Source: a virus
Lineage: Duplodnaviria; Heunggongvirae; Uroviricota; Caudoviricetes
Virus record (IMG/VR): IMGVR_UViG_3300003155_000382
Length of the DNA stretch: 6,969 nt
Reading direction: 5' to 3' (one strand)
Below the pieces are notes generated by a model. The model did not search any database and had not been told where the DNA came from. It saw only the letters and a list, made by a program, of their open reading frames with translations. Position numbers and translations under genes: made by a program. Shown piece after piece: positions 1-6,969 of this stretch; positions within the stretch are counted from its first letter, which is position 1; every line of letters begins with the position of its first letter.

Positions 1-88
1 GCGCGGGGTATGCCCCTTACTGCCACCTTTACCCATAGATAATTCCCGAAACAGTAATCAATTTTATGCGAACCATATAACGACCGCT

Positions 89-134
89 TGCAACAAAAAT
101 GCATCTGTTGTATTTCATTTGTTAAAACTTAAAT
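89..134 (+). promoter_or_regulatory. Candidate promoter region for sodC (hexamers not confidently assigned)
   Basis: TTGCAA at 89-94 and AT-rich -10-like hexamers (e.g. TTAAAT around 129-134) lie 35-80 bp upstream of the sodC ATG. A weak Shine-Dalgarno (ACGGGG) sits 5-10 nt before the ATG at 170. Pattern-based only. Confidence 0.2.
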
Positions 135-169
135 CACCTTGATTAACAACACGAAATGACGGGGTATTT

Positions 170-691
170 ATGATAAAAAAAATACTTGCTGTAACTGCGC
201 TACTTAGTGGAGCCGTAATGGCTGATACAATGACGATCCCTGTAAATCTCGTTTCCTCAGAAGGAGTAGGGAAAAATATAGGGGAAATAACTATTTCAGA
301 AACCAGCTACGGATTGCTGTTCACTCCTCATCTGAAAGAACTGCCACCAGGGTTACATGGCTTTCATATCCATGAAAATGCCAGTTGTGATCCCGGTCTG
401 ATTAATGGAAAAAAAGTGCCAGCTCTTGCTGCCGGTGGGCATTATGATCCTGAACAAACAAATAAACATCTTGGGCCGTACAATCCGGAGGGCCATCTGG
501 GTGATCTACCAGCACTCTATGTCAACTCAGAAGGAAATGCAGAAAACCCGGTTCTGAGTCCAAAAATAAAAAAAATAAGCCAGATAAAAGAACGGGCGAT
601 CATGATTCATGCCGGAGGGGATAATCATTCCGATTCACCTGCTCCTCTGGGGGGTGGGGGCGCAAGACTGGCATGCGGAATAATTAAATAA
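170..691 (+). CDS. sodC: Periplasmic Cu,Zn superoxide dismutase (SodC family), prophage-borne copy
   Basis: 173 aa with an N-terminal signal peptide (MIKKILAVTALLSGAVMA, AxA-type cleavage site). SodC hallmarks are present: HGFHIH copper-ligand motif, GGHYDP...KH...GHLGDLP zinc-loop histidines and aspartate, the disulfide cysteine pair (NASCDP and RLACG), and the C-terminal GGGGARLACGIIK with the conserved arginine. The gene is AT-rich, consistent with horizontal acquisition. Confidence 0.9.
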   Translation: MIKKILAVTALLSGAVMADTMTIPVNLVSSEGVGKNIGEITISETSYGLLFTPHLKELPPGLHGFHIHENASCDPGLINGKKVPALAAGGHYDPEQTNKHLGPYNPEGHLGDLPALYVNSEGNAENPVLSPKIKKISQIKERAIMIHAGGDNHSDSPAPLGGGGARLACGIIK

Positions 692-706
692 CAAACAGCC
701 TAAAGC

Positions 707-732
707 AATCACCGTCATAGCTGGCGGTGATT
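707..732. other. Perfect 8-bp inverted repeat (AATCACCG-N10-CGGTGATT) just after the sodC stop
   Basis: Read directly from the sequence. There is no T-run on either side, so it is not a canonical intrinsic terminator; it may be an RNA stability element or a protein-binding palindrome. Confidence 0.3.
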
Positions 733-733
733 A

Positions 734-940
734 TCAGCGACCAATAACCACAACCTGACCACCATCCCCTTCATCTGCCGTGCTGATCTCCTGAGAGACC
801 ACACGTGACCCCACGCGCAGTTCACCGTACAGAACAGGCAGAACATTGCCCTGGGCAACCAGGTTATTCAAAGGCATCCTCAACGAATGGGATTCCCTCG
901 TCGCTCTGTTGAAGTCTGAAATGAAGATACACGGAAACAA
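734..940 (-). pseudogene. Short GC-rich ORF, probably a remnant of a longer gene; function unknown
   Basis: 68 codons with a TTG start and an in-frame stop only 4 codons upstream. GC content is clearly higher than the flanking AT-rich sodC and intergenic DNA. I do not recognise the protein sequence. Confidence 0.2.
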
Positions 941-1044
941 AGCACCAGAGACTTACAGAAGAATTAGCGAGCTACGCAAGGACTAACCACAGCCTCACAC
1001 TCAATGAGGCCTGTTCATTTCTCAAGATATCCAGACCTACCATT

Positions 1045-1067
1045 GCCGCATCAATGCGGCTTTTCTT
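1045..1067 (+). terminator. Rho-independent terminator between the sodC unit and xis
   Basis: GCCGCA-TCAA-TGCGGC stem-loop (1045-1060) followed directly by TTTTCTT (1061-1067). On the opposite strand there is no T-run, so it is unidirectional (+). Confidence 0.6.
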
Positions 1068-1091
1068 GCGTGTAATTGCGGAGACTTTGCG

Positions 1092-1310
1092 ATGTACTTG
1101 ACACTTCAGGAGTGGAATGCACGCCAGCGACGCCCAAGAAGCCTTGAAACAGTTCGTCGATGGGTACGCGAGTGCAGGATATTCCCTCCTCCGGTTAAGG
1201 ATGGAAGAGAGTATCTGTTCCACGAATCAGCGGTAAAGGTTGACTTAAATCGACCAGTAACAGGTAGCCTTTTGAAGAGGATCAGAAATGGGAAGAAGGC
1301 GAAGTCATGA
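1092..1310 (+). CDS. xis: Excisionase Xis, lambda type
   Basis: 72 aa, [72 protein letters not shown]. As far as I can recall this is essentially identical to phage lambda Xis. GGAG Shine-Dalgarno at 1080-1083. The 3' end overlaps the int start by 23 bp, as in lambda. Confidence 0.95.
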   Translation: MYLTLQEWNARQRRPRSLETVRRWVRECRIFPPPVKDGREYLFHESAVKVDLNRPVTGSLLKRIRNGKKAKS

Positions 1311-2358
1311 GCGCCGGGATTTACCCCCTAACCTTTATATAAGAAACAATGGATATTACTGCTACAGGGACCCAAGGACGGGTAAAGAGTTCGGATTAGG
1401 CCGAGACAGGAGGATAGCAATCACTGAAGCAATACAGGCCAATATTGAGTTGCTATCCGGGAACAGGCGTGAGTCACTGATAGACAGAATTAAAGGCGCT
1501 GACGCAATCACTCTTCATGCGTGGCTTGACCGATATGAAACAATCCTCAGCGAGAGGGGTATCAGGCCGAAAACTCTACTCGACTACGCCAGCAAAATCA
1601 GGGCAATCCGAAGAAAATTGCCGGACAAACCGCTCGCAGACATATCAACGAAAGAGGTGGCAGCAATGCTAAACACCTACGTAGCAGAAGGTAAAGCGGC
1701 TTCCGCAAAATTAATCAGGTCAACCCTTGTTGACGTTTTTCGTGAGGCAATAGCCGAGGGGCATGTGGCTACGAATCCGGTAACAGCAACCCGCACAGAA
1801 AAATCAGAAGTAAGGCGTTCAAGACTGACAGCTAATGAATATGTCGCGATTTACCATGCAGCCGAACCGCTCCCAATCTGGCTGAGGCTGGCAATGGATT
1901 TGGCTGTCGTTACAGGGCAGAGAGTAGGCGATTTATGCAGAATGAAATGGTCAGACATAAACGACAACCATCTTCACATTGAGCAGGGTAAAACAGGGGC
2001 TAAGCTCGCCATTCCGCTGACGCTAACGATTGACGCGCTCAATATCTCATTGGCTGATACACTACAGAAATGCAGGGAGGCCAGCGGCAGTGAAACAATA
2101 ATTGCATCAACGCATCACGAACCGCTTTCCCCGAAAACAGTATCTAAGTATTTTACAAAGGCGAGAAATGCATCTGGACTCTCATTTGATGGAGACCCGC
2201 CAACATTCCATGAACTGCGCAGCCTGTCGGCGAGGCTATACCGGAATCAGATTGGCGATAAGTTTGCTCAACGTCTTCTCGGGCATAAATCAGATTCAAT
2301 GGCGGCGCGTTACAGGGACAGTCGCGGGCGGGAGTGGGACAAAATTGAAATATCATAA
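1288..2358 (+). CDS. int: Tyrosine site-specific integrase, lambda Int family
   Basis: 356 aa, the same length as lambda Int. The first ~55 residues (arm-binding domain) match lambda Int as I recall it. Catalytic residues are conserved in context: R in [10 protein letters not shown] in [13 protein letters not shown] and R in [12 protein letters not shown] in LLGHKSD, and Y in AARYRD. AGAGGA Shine-Dalgarno sits upstream of the ATG. Confidence 0.95.
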   Translation: MGRRRSHERRDLPPNLYIRNNGYYCYRDPRTGKEFGLGRDRRIAITEAIQANIELLSGNRRESLIDRIKGADAITLHAWLDRYETILSERGIRPKTLLDYASKIRAIRRKLPDKPLADISTKEVAAMLNTYVAEGKAASAKLIRSTLVDVFREAIAEGHVATNPVTATRTEKSEVRRSRLTANEYVAIYHAAEPLPIWLRLAMDLAVVTGQRVGDLCRMKWSDINDNHLHIEQGKTGAKLAIPLTLTIDALNISLADTLQKCREASGSETIIASTHHEPLSPKTVSKYFTKARNASGLSFDGDPPTFHELRSLSARLYRNQIGDKFAQRLLGHKSDSMAARYRDSRGREWDKIEIS

Positions 2359-2979
2359 TGGTTTTATTTTGATTAATAATGACCAGCGCACATTAACATA
2401 TTGATAATTAATGAAATTTTTAATATACAACTTCCATGTCATAAGTTGTTGCAGACTGACTGCGCGCATTCCGTTGTCAGTTTTTGTGGCGCTTCCGGTG
2501 TGGTAGATGATGTAACGTCCCATCCATACCATTAAGTGCTGGTCATCGCCCTGATCGAAAAAAATCATATCGCCAGGCAACGCCTGGTTTATGTCCTGGC
2601 CAATAAAATGGCTGTTGTACTGAATCAAATTAATTGCGGTCACATAGGGGCCAGTTTTCCCATTCCCCTGGCTCCAGTTTTGTGCCAATTGCCGCTGTTC
2701 AGGTGTTAGCGCCATCTCCGGCGGCAGATATTGGTTAGATATGCTGTTATTTTTTAGCCATTTACTGTCATGAACTTTCAACGCCTCGTTTGCCGCAAAG
2801 CGCACCAGACCCGCGCAATCCTGCTGATACCAACGTGGGCTTGGCCCCTGACGAAGTTGTTCCTGGGCAATGCGCACAAACCAGGCACGAAATAGTCCCG
2901 ATTGTTCGACATCCAGCATTTCGCTATGGGCGAAAAAACAAAACAGCCAGCAAATCAGCGCCGACAACACGCGCCTCAT
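2353..2979 (-). CDS. yfaT: YfaT-like DUF1175 family protein; 3' end runs through the att core into prophage DNA
   Basis: 208 aa. Assigned from position and size: in E. coli K-12 the gene order is gyrA-yfaA-yfaT, all on the same strand, and YfaT is about 207 aa. Its start overlaps the yfaA stop (ATGA), suggesting translational coupling. The last ~26 codons are extremely AT-rich and lie on the phage side of the att core. Confidence 0.7.
   Translation of the reverse strand: MRRVLSALICWLFCFFAHSEMLDVEQSGLFRAWFVRIAQEQLRQGPSPRWYQQDCAGLVRFAANEALKVHDSKWLKNNSISNQYLPPEMALTPEQRQLAQNWSQGNGKTGPYVTAINLIQYNSHFIGQDINQALPGDMIFFDQGDDQHLMVWMGRYIIYHTGSATKTDNGMRAVSLQQLMTWKLYIKNFINYQYVNVRWSLLIKIKPL
2356..2448. other. 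Prophage attachment site at the int-proximal junction (attL-type: P' arm, IHF site and core)
   Basis: Starting at the int stop codon, the sequence is colinear with the lambda P' arm as I recall it from lambda attP and attL, with identical segment lengths. It contains three arm-type-like repeats (2356-2386), an IHF-like site, and a core CAACTT(2428-2433)-ccatgtcat-AAGTTG(2443-2448) with the same 6-9-6 architecture as lambda CAGCTT-N9-AAGTTG. Confidence 0.7.
2394..2406 (-). promoter_or_regulatory. IHF binding site candidate (H'-equivalent)
   Basis: The reverse complement reads TATCAAtatgTTA, a full match to the IHF core consensus WATCAANNNNTTR. It lies at the same distance from the core as the lambda H' site (TATCAAtttgTTG). 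Confidence 0.5.
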
Positions 2980-4673
2980 AATGGTTGCCAGCTAACAGGC
3001 AACCACTGCCAGGCAGCCCCGGGCTCCATCTTGACCAGTTTCATTGCATAACGGGGTTGTTGCGATAAAGCGTCCAGCTTCGGCATTAATAAAGTCTGCG
3101 CTGCGTTATAAAAAACAGGCTCAAGGTTTTTTGGCAAGCTGGCCAATGTTTCATTACGCAGTAATTTTGCCACCCCTTGTGGATTGATATAGACCGGAAT
3201 GACGCCATCAGCCGGTATTACATCCACCATTGCCGGGCGCGTTTTGTTCAGCGTTTGCAGCGCGTTATTGACCAGCGTGTCGTCAAGGGAGAAAATCAGC
3301 GTCTTGTTCTGCATCGCCAGCGAGACGCGGAAAAAATAATCGGACATCAGTTGTTCTGGTTTCGCCGCCTGGGCTGCGGGATACTGACCATAACGGGAGC
3401 TGACTTCACGCCGCCAGATTTGCGCGTCGCCCTGTTGTGTTTGCGTTACCGGCAACACACCTTCAGGTGCTTTGCTCTCGAGGGCCCCGATTGTTTGTGT
3501 AAACAGCTTCCCTGGCAGTTGCGCTTGCTCGGCAGCGCCATCAAATTGGCCAACAAACAGGGGGGTTTGCAACCTGGAATCTTCATACCAGCATAGCCCG
3601 GCAGCACCGTCCAACATCCCGCTCAATTTGTCGTTTTCCTGGCTGATATGCGAGAGCATCTCTTCGGCAATACCGTGCGAATAAGGCAGCGCCACGCAGA
3701 AGCTGGCACCAGCAGGCATACTGCGCCATACCGGAGTGAAATCAAAACTGGCATCGACACTGGCGGATTCATCATTCAACGCCAGAAAGCTGCGCCAGCC
3801 ATCATTGCTCATTTCAAAGCGCACGCCAGCAAAAGAAGGAATTAACCGCTGGTAACCTAAACCCAGCAAATTAGCGCTAACCACGATACGCTGGCGAACA
3901 AGTGTTTTTTCAGCGGAGGATTGTAAACGGTCTTCCAGGCCAAAGCTGGCCTCCCAGTGTTTTTTCCCGCTCAACAAATCACTCGCGATCGCCGTGGCTT
4001 CGGTATCCTGCTGGTCGCCTTTAAACAACATATCTGTGCTGGAAAAAACCAGCATCTTGTCCTGATAACGGGTAAACAGCAGTGAGTTATTGCCGTTATA
4101 GCGCAGTTGATAAACAGGTATGGTTTCATTATTAATCGTAATGCTACTGATCTCCGTCTTACTTAACTGGCTGTCGCTGGTGGCGGCAAACAGTAACGGC
4201 TCCAATAACTTACTCAAACCACTGCGTTGAATCAGCACGATATAATGCGAGAGATGGCCTTGTTTGTCGTGCCACAGCGCCGCTTGCGCTGGCTGGTCTA
4301 ACAATGAAGAAAAGAGCTTATCTTTCAGCGTTAAATCATGTTCATACACAATGCGCCGAATACTACCTTCAATCCCCAGACGGTCAGCATGGTTCTGATA
4401 ATAAAAAACAAAATCTTCACTTAGAACATCGCGCAGAAAAGGAATTGTGAGGAGGTCTTTGGGAAGCTGGCTTAACGAATCGCTGTCGAGAAAGAGGTCC
4501 GGCTCATTGAGATCGATTTGCAGATTGTTGTGCACCACCAGAGGCGACAACGTTTTTTCTGGCCCACTGCCAGCATATTGCAATGCCCAGACACCCGCGG
4601 AAAGCAGTGCTATTGCGCCAAAACCTACAAGACCATAAAACCGCCAGCCTTTCGCCCTTTTTTCACCACTCAT
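2976..4673 (-). CDS. yfaA: YfaA-like DUF2138 family protein (N-terminal membrane anchor)
   Basis: About 565 aa, lying immediately downstream of gyrA as in E. coli K-12. The likely start is the ATG at 4671-4673, which has an AGGAA Shine-Dalgarno 7 nt upstream; the GTG two codons further up (4677-4679) has no usable spacing. The N-terminus has a hydrophobic segment ([22 protein letters not shown]). The stop overlaps the yfaT start. Confidence 0.7.
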   Translation of the reverse strand: MSGEKRAKGWRFYGLVGFGAIALLSAGVWALQYAGSGPEKTLSPLVVHNNLQIDLNEPDLFLDSDSLSQLPKDLLTIPFLRDVLSEDFVFYYQNHADRLGIEGSIRRIVYEHDLTLKDKLFSSLLDQPAQAALWHDKQGHLSHYIVLIQRSGLSKLLEPLLFAATSDSQLSKTEISSITINNETIPVYQLRYNGNNSLLFTRYQDKMLVFSSTDMLFKGDQQDTEATAIASDLLSGKKHWEASFGLEDRLQSSAEKTLVRQRIVVSANLLGLGYQRLIPSFAGVRFEMSNDGWRSFLALNDESASVDASFDFTPVWRSMPAGASFCVALPYSHGIAEEMLSHISQENDKLSGMLDGAAGLCWYEDSRLQTPLFVGQFDGAAEQAQLPGKLFTQTIGALESKAPEGVLPVTQTQQGDAQIWRREVSSRYGQYPAAQAAKPEQLMSDYFFRVSLAMQNKTLIFSLDDTLVNNALQTLNKTRPAMVDVIPADGVIPVYINPQGVAKLLRNETLASLPKNLEPVFYNAAQTLLMPKLDALSQQPRYAMKLVKMEPGAAWQWLPVSWQPL

Positions 4674-4780
4674 TGCCACATTCCTTGTGTAAAGCCAGCC
4701 ATTTTTTACGGGCGATGCAAAATTTTCTCGCGCCTTAATACAACAAAAGCCCAGACTTTGCAGCCTGGACTTTTCAATTC

Positions 4781-4804
4781 AAAAAAGGGAGATTACTCCC
4801 TTTT
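4781..4804 (-). terminator. Rho-independent terminator of gyrA
   Basis: GGGAG-ATTA-CTCCC hairpin (4787-4800), extendable by A:T pairs, about 20 nt after the gyrA stop. On the minus strand it is followed by TTTTTT (complement of A6 at 4781-4786). Confidence 0.65.
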
Positions 4805-4821
4805 GGCATGAAGAAATAAAA

Positions 4822-6969
4822 TTATTCTTCTTCTGGTTCGTCGTCAACGTCCACTTCCGGAGCGATTTCATCGTCCCCTTCCGCTGCGCTGCCGTCAATA
4901 GCATCCAGATCTTCATCGTCAACTGGTTCTGCAACACGTTGCAGCCCCACCACGTTCTCCCCTTCTGCAGTACGGATAAGGATCACGCCCTGGGTGTTAC
5001 GGCCCACGATGCTGATCTCCGACACGCGAGTACGGACCAGCGTCCCCGCATCAGTGATCATCATGATCTGGTCGCAGTCATCAACCTGCACCGCGCCAAC
5101 CACTAAACCGTTACGTTCGGTAACTTTGATGGAGATGACCCCTTTCGTCGCACGCGACTTAGTTGGATACTCCTCCACCGCGGTACGTTTACCGTAACCG
5201 TTCTGCGTTGCAGTAAGGATTGCGCCATCGCCGCGCGGCACGATCAGAGAGACGACTTTATCGCCTTCACCTAAACGGATACCGCGAACACCGGTAGTGT
5301 TGCACCCCATTGCGCGGACGGAAGACTCTTTGAAGCGCACCACTTTACCTTCGGCGGAGAACAGCATCACTTCGTCTTCACCGCTGGTCAGGTCAACGCC
5401 GATAAGTTCATCGCCTTCAACCAGTTTGATCGCCACTTTACCAGCAGTACGCAGGCGGTTGAATTCGGTCAGGACCGTTTTCTTCACGGTACCGTTAGCG
5501 GTCGCCATGAAGACTTTCACGCCTTCTTCAAACTCGGTCACCGGCAGGATCGCAGTGATACGTTCGTCCTGCTCCAGCGGCAGCAGGTTGACTATCGGAC
5601 GACCACGCGCGCCACGGGTCGCTTCCGGCAGTTGATAAACTTTCATCGAATAGACGCGACCACGGCTGGAGAAGCACAGGATATGATCGTGGGTGTTCGC
5701 CACCAGCAGTCGGTCGATAAAGTCTTCATCCTTAATACGTGCGGCAGATTTACCTTTACCGCCACGACGCTGCGCTTCGTATTCAGAAAGCGGCTGATAT
5801 TTCACATACCCCTGATGAGAGAGCGTGACAACAACATCTTCCTGAGTGATCAGATCTTCCAGGTTGATATCTGCGCTGTTGGCAGTGATTTCCGTGCGGC
5901 GTTTGTCACCGAACTGTTCACGAACCAGCTCCAGCTCTTCACGGATCACTTCCATCAAGCGATCGGCGCTGCCAAGAATACGCAACAGTTCCGCAATCTG
6001 ATCCAACAACTCTTTATATTCATCGAGCAGTTTTTCATGCTCAAGGCCGGTCAGTTTCTGCAAACGCAGATCCAGAATCGCCTGAGCTTGCTGCTCGGTC
6101 AGATAGTACAGCCCGTCACGCACGCCAAACTCGGGTTCCAGCCATTCTGGACGCGCAGCATCGTCGCCAGCACGTTCCAGCATTGCGGCAACGTTGCCCA
6201 GCTGCCACGGATTAGCAACCAGTGCGGTTTTCGCTTCTGCCGGGGTTGGCGCATGACGGATCAGTTCAATGATCGGGTCGATGTTCGCCAGCGCCACAGC
6301 TAATGCTTCAAGGATATGCGCACGGTCACGGGCTTTACGCAGTTCGAAAATGGTACGACGGGTCACCACTTCGCGGCGGTGACGAACAAACGCAGCGATG
6401 ATGTCTTTCAGGTTCATGATCTTCGGCTGACCATGGTGCAATGCCACCATGTTGATACCGAAGGAAACCTGCAACTGGGTCTGGGAGTAGAGGTTGTTGA
6501 GCACCACTTCACCGACCGCATCGCGTTTAACTTCAATCACGATGCGCATCCCGTCTTTGTCAGACTCGTCACGCAACGCGCTGATGCCTTCCACGCGTTT
6601 TTCTTTTACCAGTTCCGCAATTTTCTCGATCAGACGCGCTTTGTTCACCTGATACGGAATTTCGTGGACGATAATAGTTTCACGCCCGGTTTTGGCGTCA
6701 ACTTCCACTTCAGCACGCGCACGGATGTACACCTTACCGCGACCGGTACGGTAAGCTTCTTCGATACCACGGCGACCATTAATGATCGCTGCCGTCGGGA
6801 AGTCCGGCCCCGGGATGTGTTCCATCAGCCCTTCAATGCTGATGTCTTCATCATCGATATACGCCAGACAACCGTTGATGACTTCCGTCAGGTTGTGCGG
6901 CGGGATGTTGGTTGCCATACCTACGGCGATACCGGAAGAACCGTTCACCAGCAGGTTAGGAATTTTGGT
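4822..6969 (-). CDS. gyrA: DNA gyrase subunit A, 5'-truncated by the window edge
   Basis: The translation matches E. coli GyrA from about residue 161 ([27 protein letters not shown]...) to the acidic C-terminal tail (...[19 protein letters not shown]). The gene continues beyond position 6969. The first in-frame start in the ORF track is not the true start. Confidence 0.97.
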   Translation of the reverse strand, partial: TKIPNLLVNGSSGIAVGMATNIPPHNLTEVINGCLAYIDDEDISIEGLMEHIPGPDFPTAAIINGRRGIEEAYRTGRGKVYIRARAEVEVDAKTGRETIIVHEIPYQVNKARLIEKIAELVKEKRVEGISALRDESDKDGMRIVIEVKRDAVGEVVLNNLYSQTQLQVSFGINMVALHHGQPKIMNLKDIIAAFVRHRREVVTRRTIFELRKARDRAHILEALAVALANIDPIIELIRHAPTPAEAKTALVANPWQLGNVAAMLERAGDDAARPEWLEPEFGVRDGLYYLTEQQAQAILDLRLQKLTGLEHEKLLDEYKELLDQIAELLRILGSADRLMEVIREELELVREQFGDKRRTEITANSADINLEDLITQEDVVVTLSHQGYVKYQPLSEYEAQRRGGKGKSAARIKDEDFIDRLLVANTHDHILCFSSRGRVYSMKVYQLPEATRGARGRPIVNLLPLEQDERITAILPVTEFEEGVKVFMATANGTVKKTVLTEFNRLRTAGKVAIKLVEGDELIGVDLTSGEDEVMLFSAEGKVVRFKESSVRAMGCNTTGVRGIRLGEGDKVVSLIVPRGDGAILTATQNGYGKRTAVEEYPTKSRATKGVISIKVTERNGLVVGAVQVDDCDQIMMITDAGTLVRTRVSEISIVGRNTQGVILIRTAEGENVVGLQRVAEPVDDEDLDAIDGSAAEGDDEIAPEVDVDDEPEEE

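Larger units (their letters stand above)
1..2448. mobile_element. Lambda-family (lambdoid) prophage, int-proximal end; partial, continues left of the window
   Basis: Contains lambda-type xis and int running toward an att site with a lambda-colinear P' arm, plus an AT-rich sodC cargo gene. Base composition shifts from AT-rich to host-like at about 2445. The right boundary is approximate (within the core 2428-2448). Confidence 0.85.

Noticed and set aside
4-17. GGGG-tatg-CCCC hairpin followed by TT at the left window edge, possibly the terminator of an upstream gene
   Set aside because: Only a 4-bp stem and a 2-nt T tail, and the upstream context is cut off by the window edge, so it is too weak to call.
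972-1223. Minus-strand 83-codon ORF overlapping xis
   Set aside because: It is antisense to the lambda-type xis gene and spans the terminator hairpin, so it is very unlikely to be expressed as a protein.
2102-2404. A 100-codon plus-strand ORF and a 67-codon minus-strand ORF inside the int 3' region
   Set aside because: Alternative-frame and antisense ORFs within int; the int frame is the one with family-wide conservation and catalytic residues.
2790-2981. A 63-codon plus-strand ORF antisense to yfaT
   Set aside because: Shadow ORF; no independent support.
3177-3845. Plus-strand ORFs of 139, 70 and 65 codons inside yfaA
   Set aside because: Antisense shadow ORFs within a long minus-strand gene; no ribosome-binding sites or recognisable domains.
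4746-4775. Second possible stem-loop (CCAG...CTGG) in the gyrA-yfaA intergenic region
   Set aside because: The stem is only 4 bp with a long loop; the adjacent GGGAG/CTCCC hairpin is the convincing terminator.
4447-4811. Plus-strand ORFs of 63 and 97 codons across the yfaA 5' end and the gyrA-yfaA intergenic region
   Set aside because: They overlap the yfaA start and the gyrA terminator, have arginine-rich low-complexity translations, and are more simply explained as the yfaA promoter and leader region.
4994-6303. Plus-strand ORFs of 67, 112 and 223 codons inside gyrA
   Set aside because: They are antisense to a clearly real, highly conserved gene. Their proteins are low-complexity (S/T/R-rich) with no recognisable motifs, which is typical of shadow ORFs.
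1-6969. Looked for tRNA or tmRNA at the att site, CRISPR repeats, IS inverted repeats, and defence-system-like gene clusters
   Set aside because: None found. The att core lies in a protein-coding 3' end, not in a tRNA. There are no arrays of short direct repeats, no transposase-like ORFs, and no uncharacterised multi-gene operon other than the known yfaA-yfaT pair.

Overview
The window looks like Escherichia coli chromosome spanning the int-proximal end of a lambda-family prophage and the adjacent host genes; I did not find an uncharacterised multi-gene system, and the most notable biology is at the prophage-host junction. All comparisons are from memory, not a database search. Left part (about 1-2442) is prophage: an AT-rich periplasmic Cu,Zn superoxide dismutase gene (sodC-like), a short GC-rich gene remnant, a strong intrinsic terminator, then xis and int running toward an attachment site. 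The att region (2356-2448) is colinear with the lambda P' arm but has a different core, CAACTT-N9-AAGTTG. Right part is host: yfaT and yfaA (minus strand, from the poorly characterised alpha-2-macroglobulin-associated yfa cluster), a gyrA terminator, and a 5'-truncated gyrA. The crossover appears to lie inside the 3' end of yfaT, so its last ~26 codons are read from phage att-arm DNA. No tRNA, rRNA, CRISPR array or IS element was seen.
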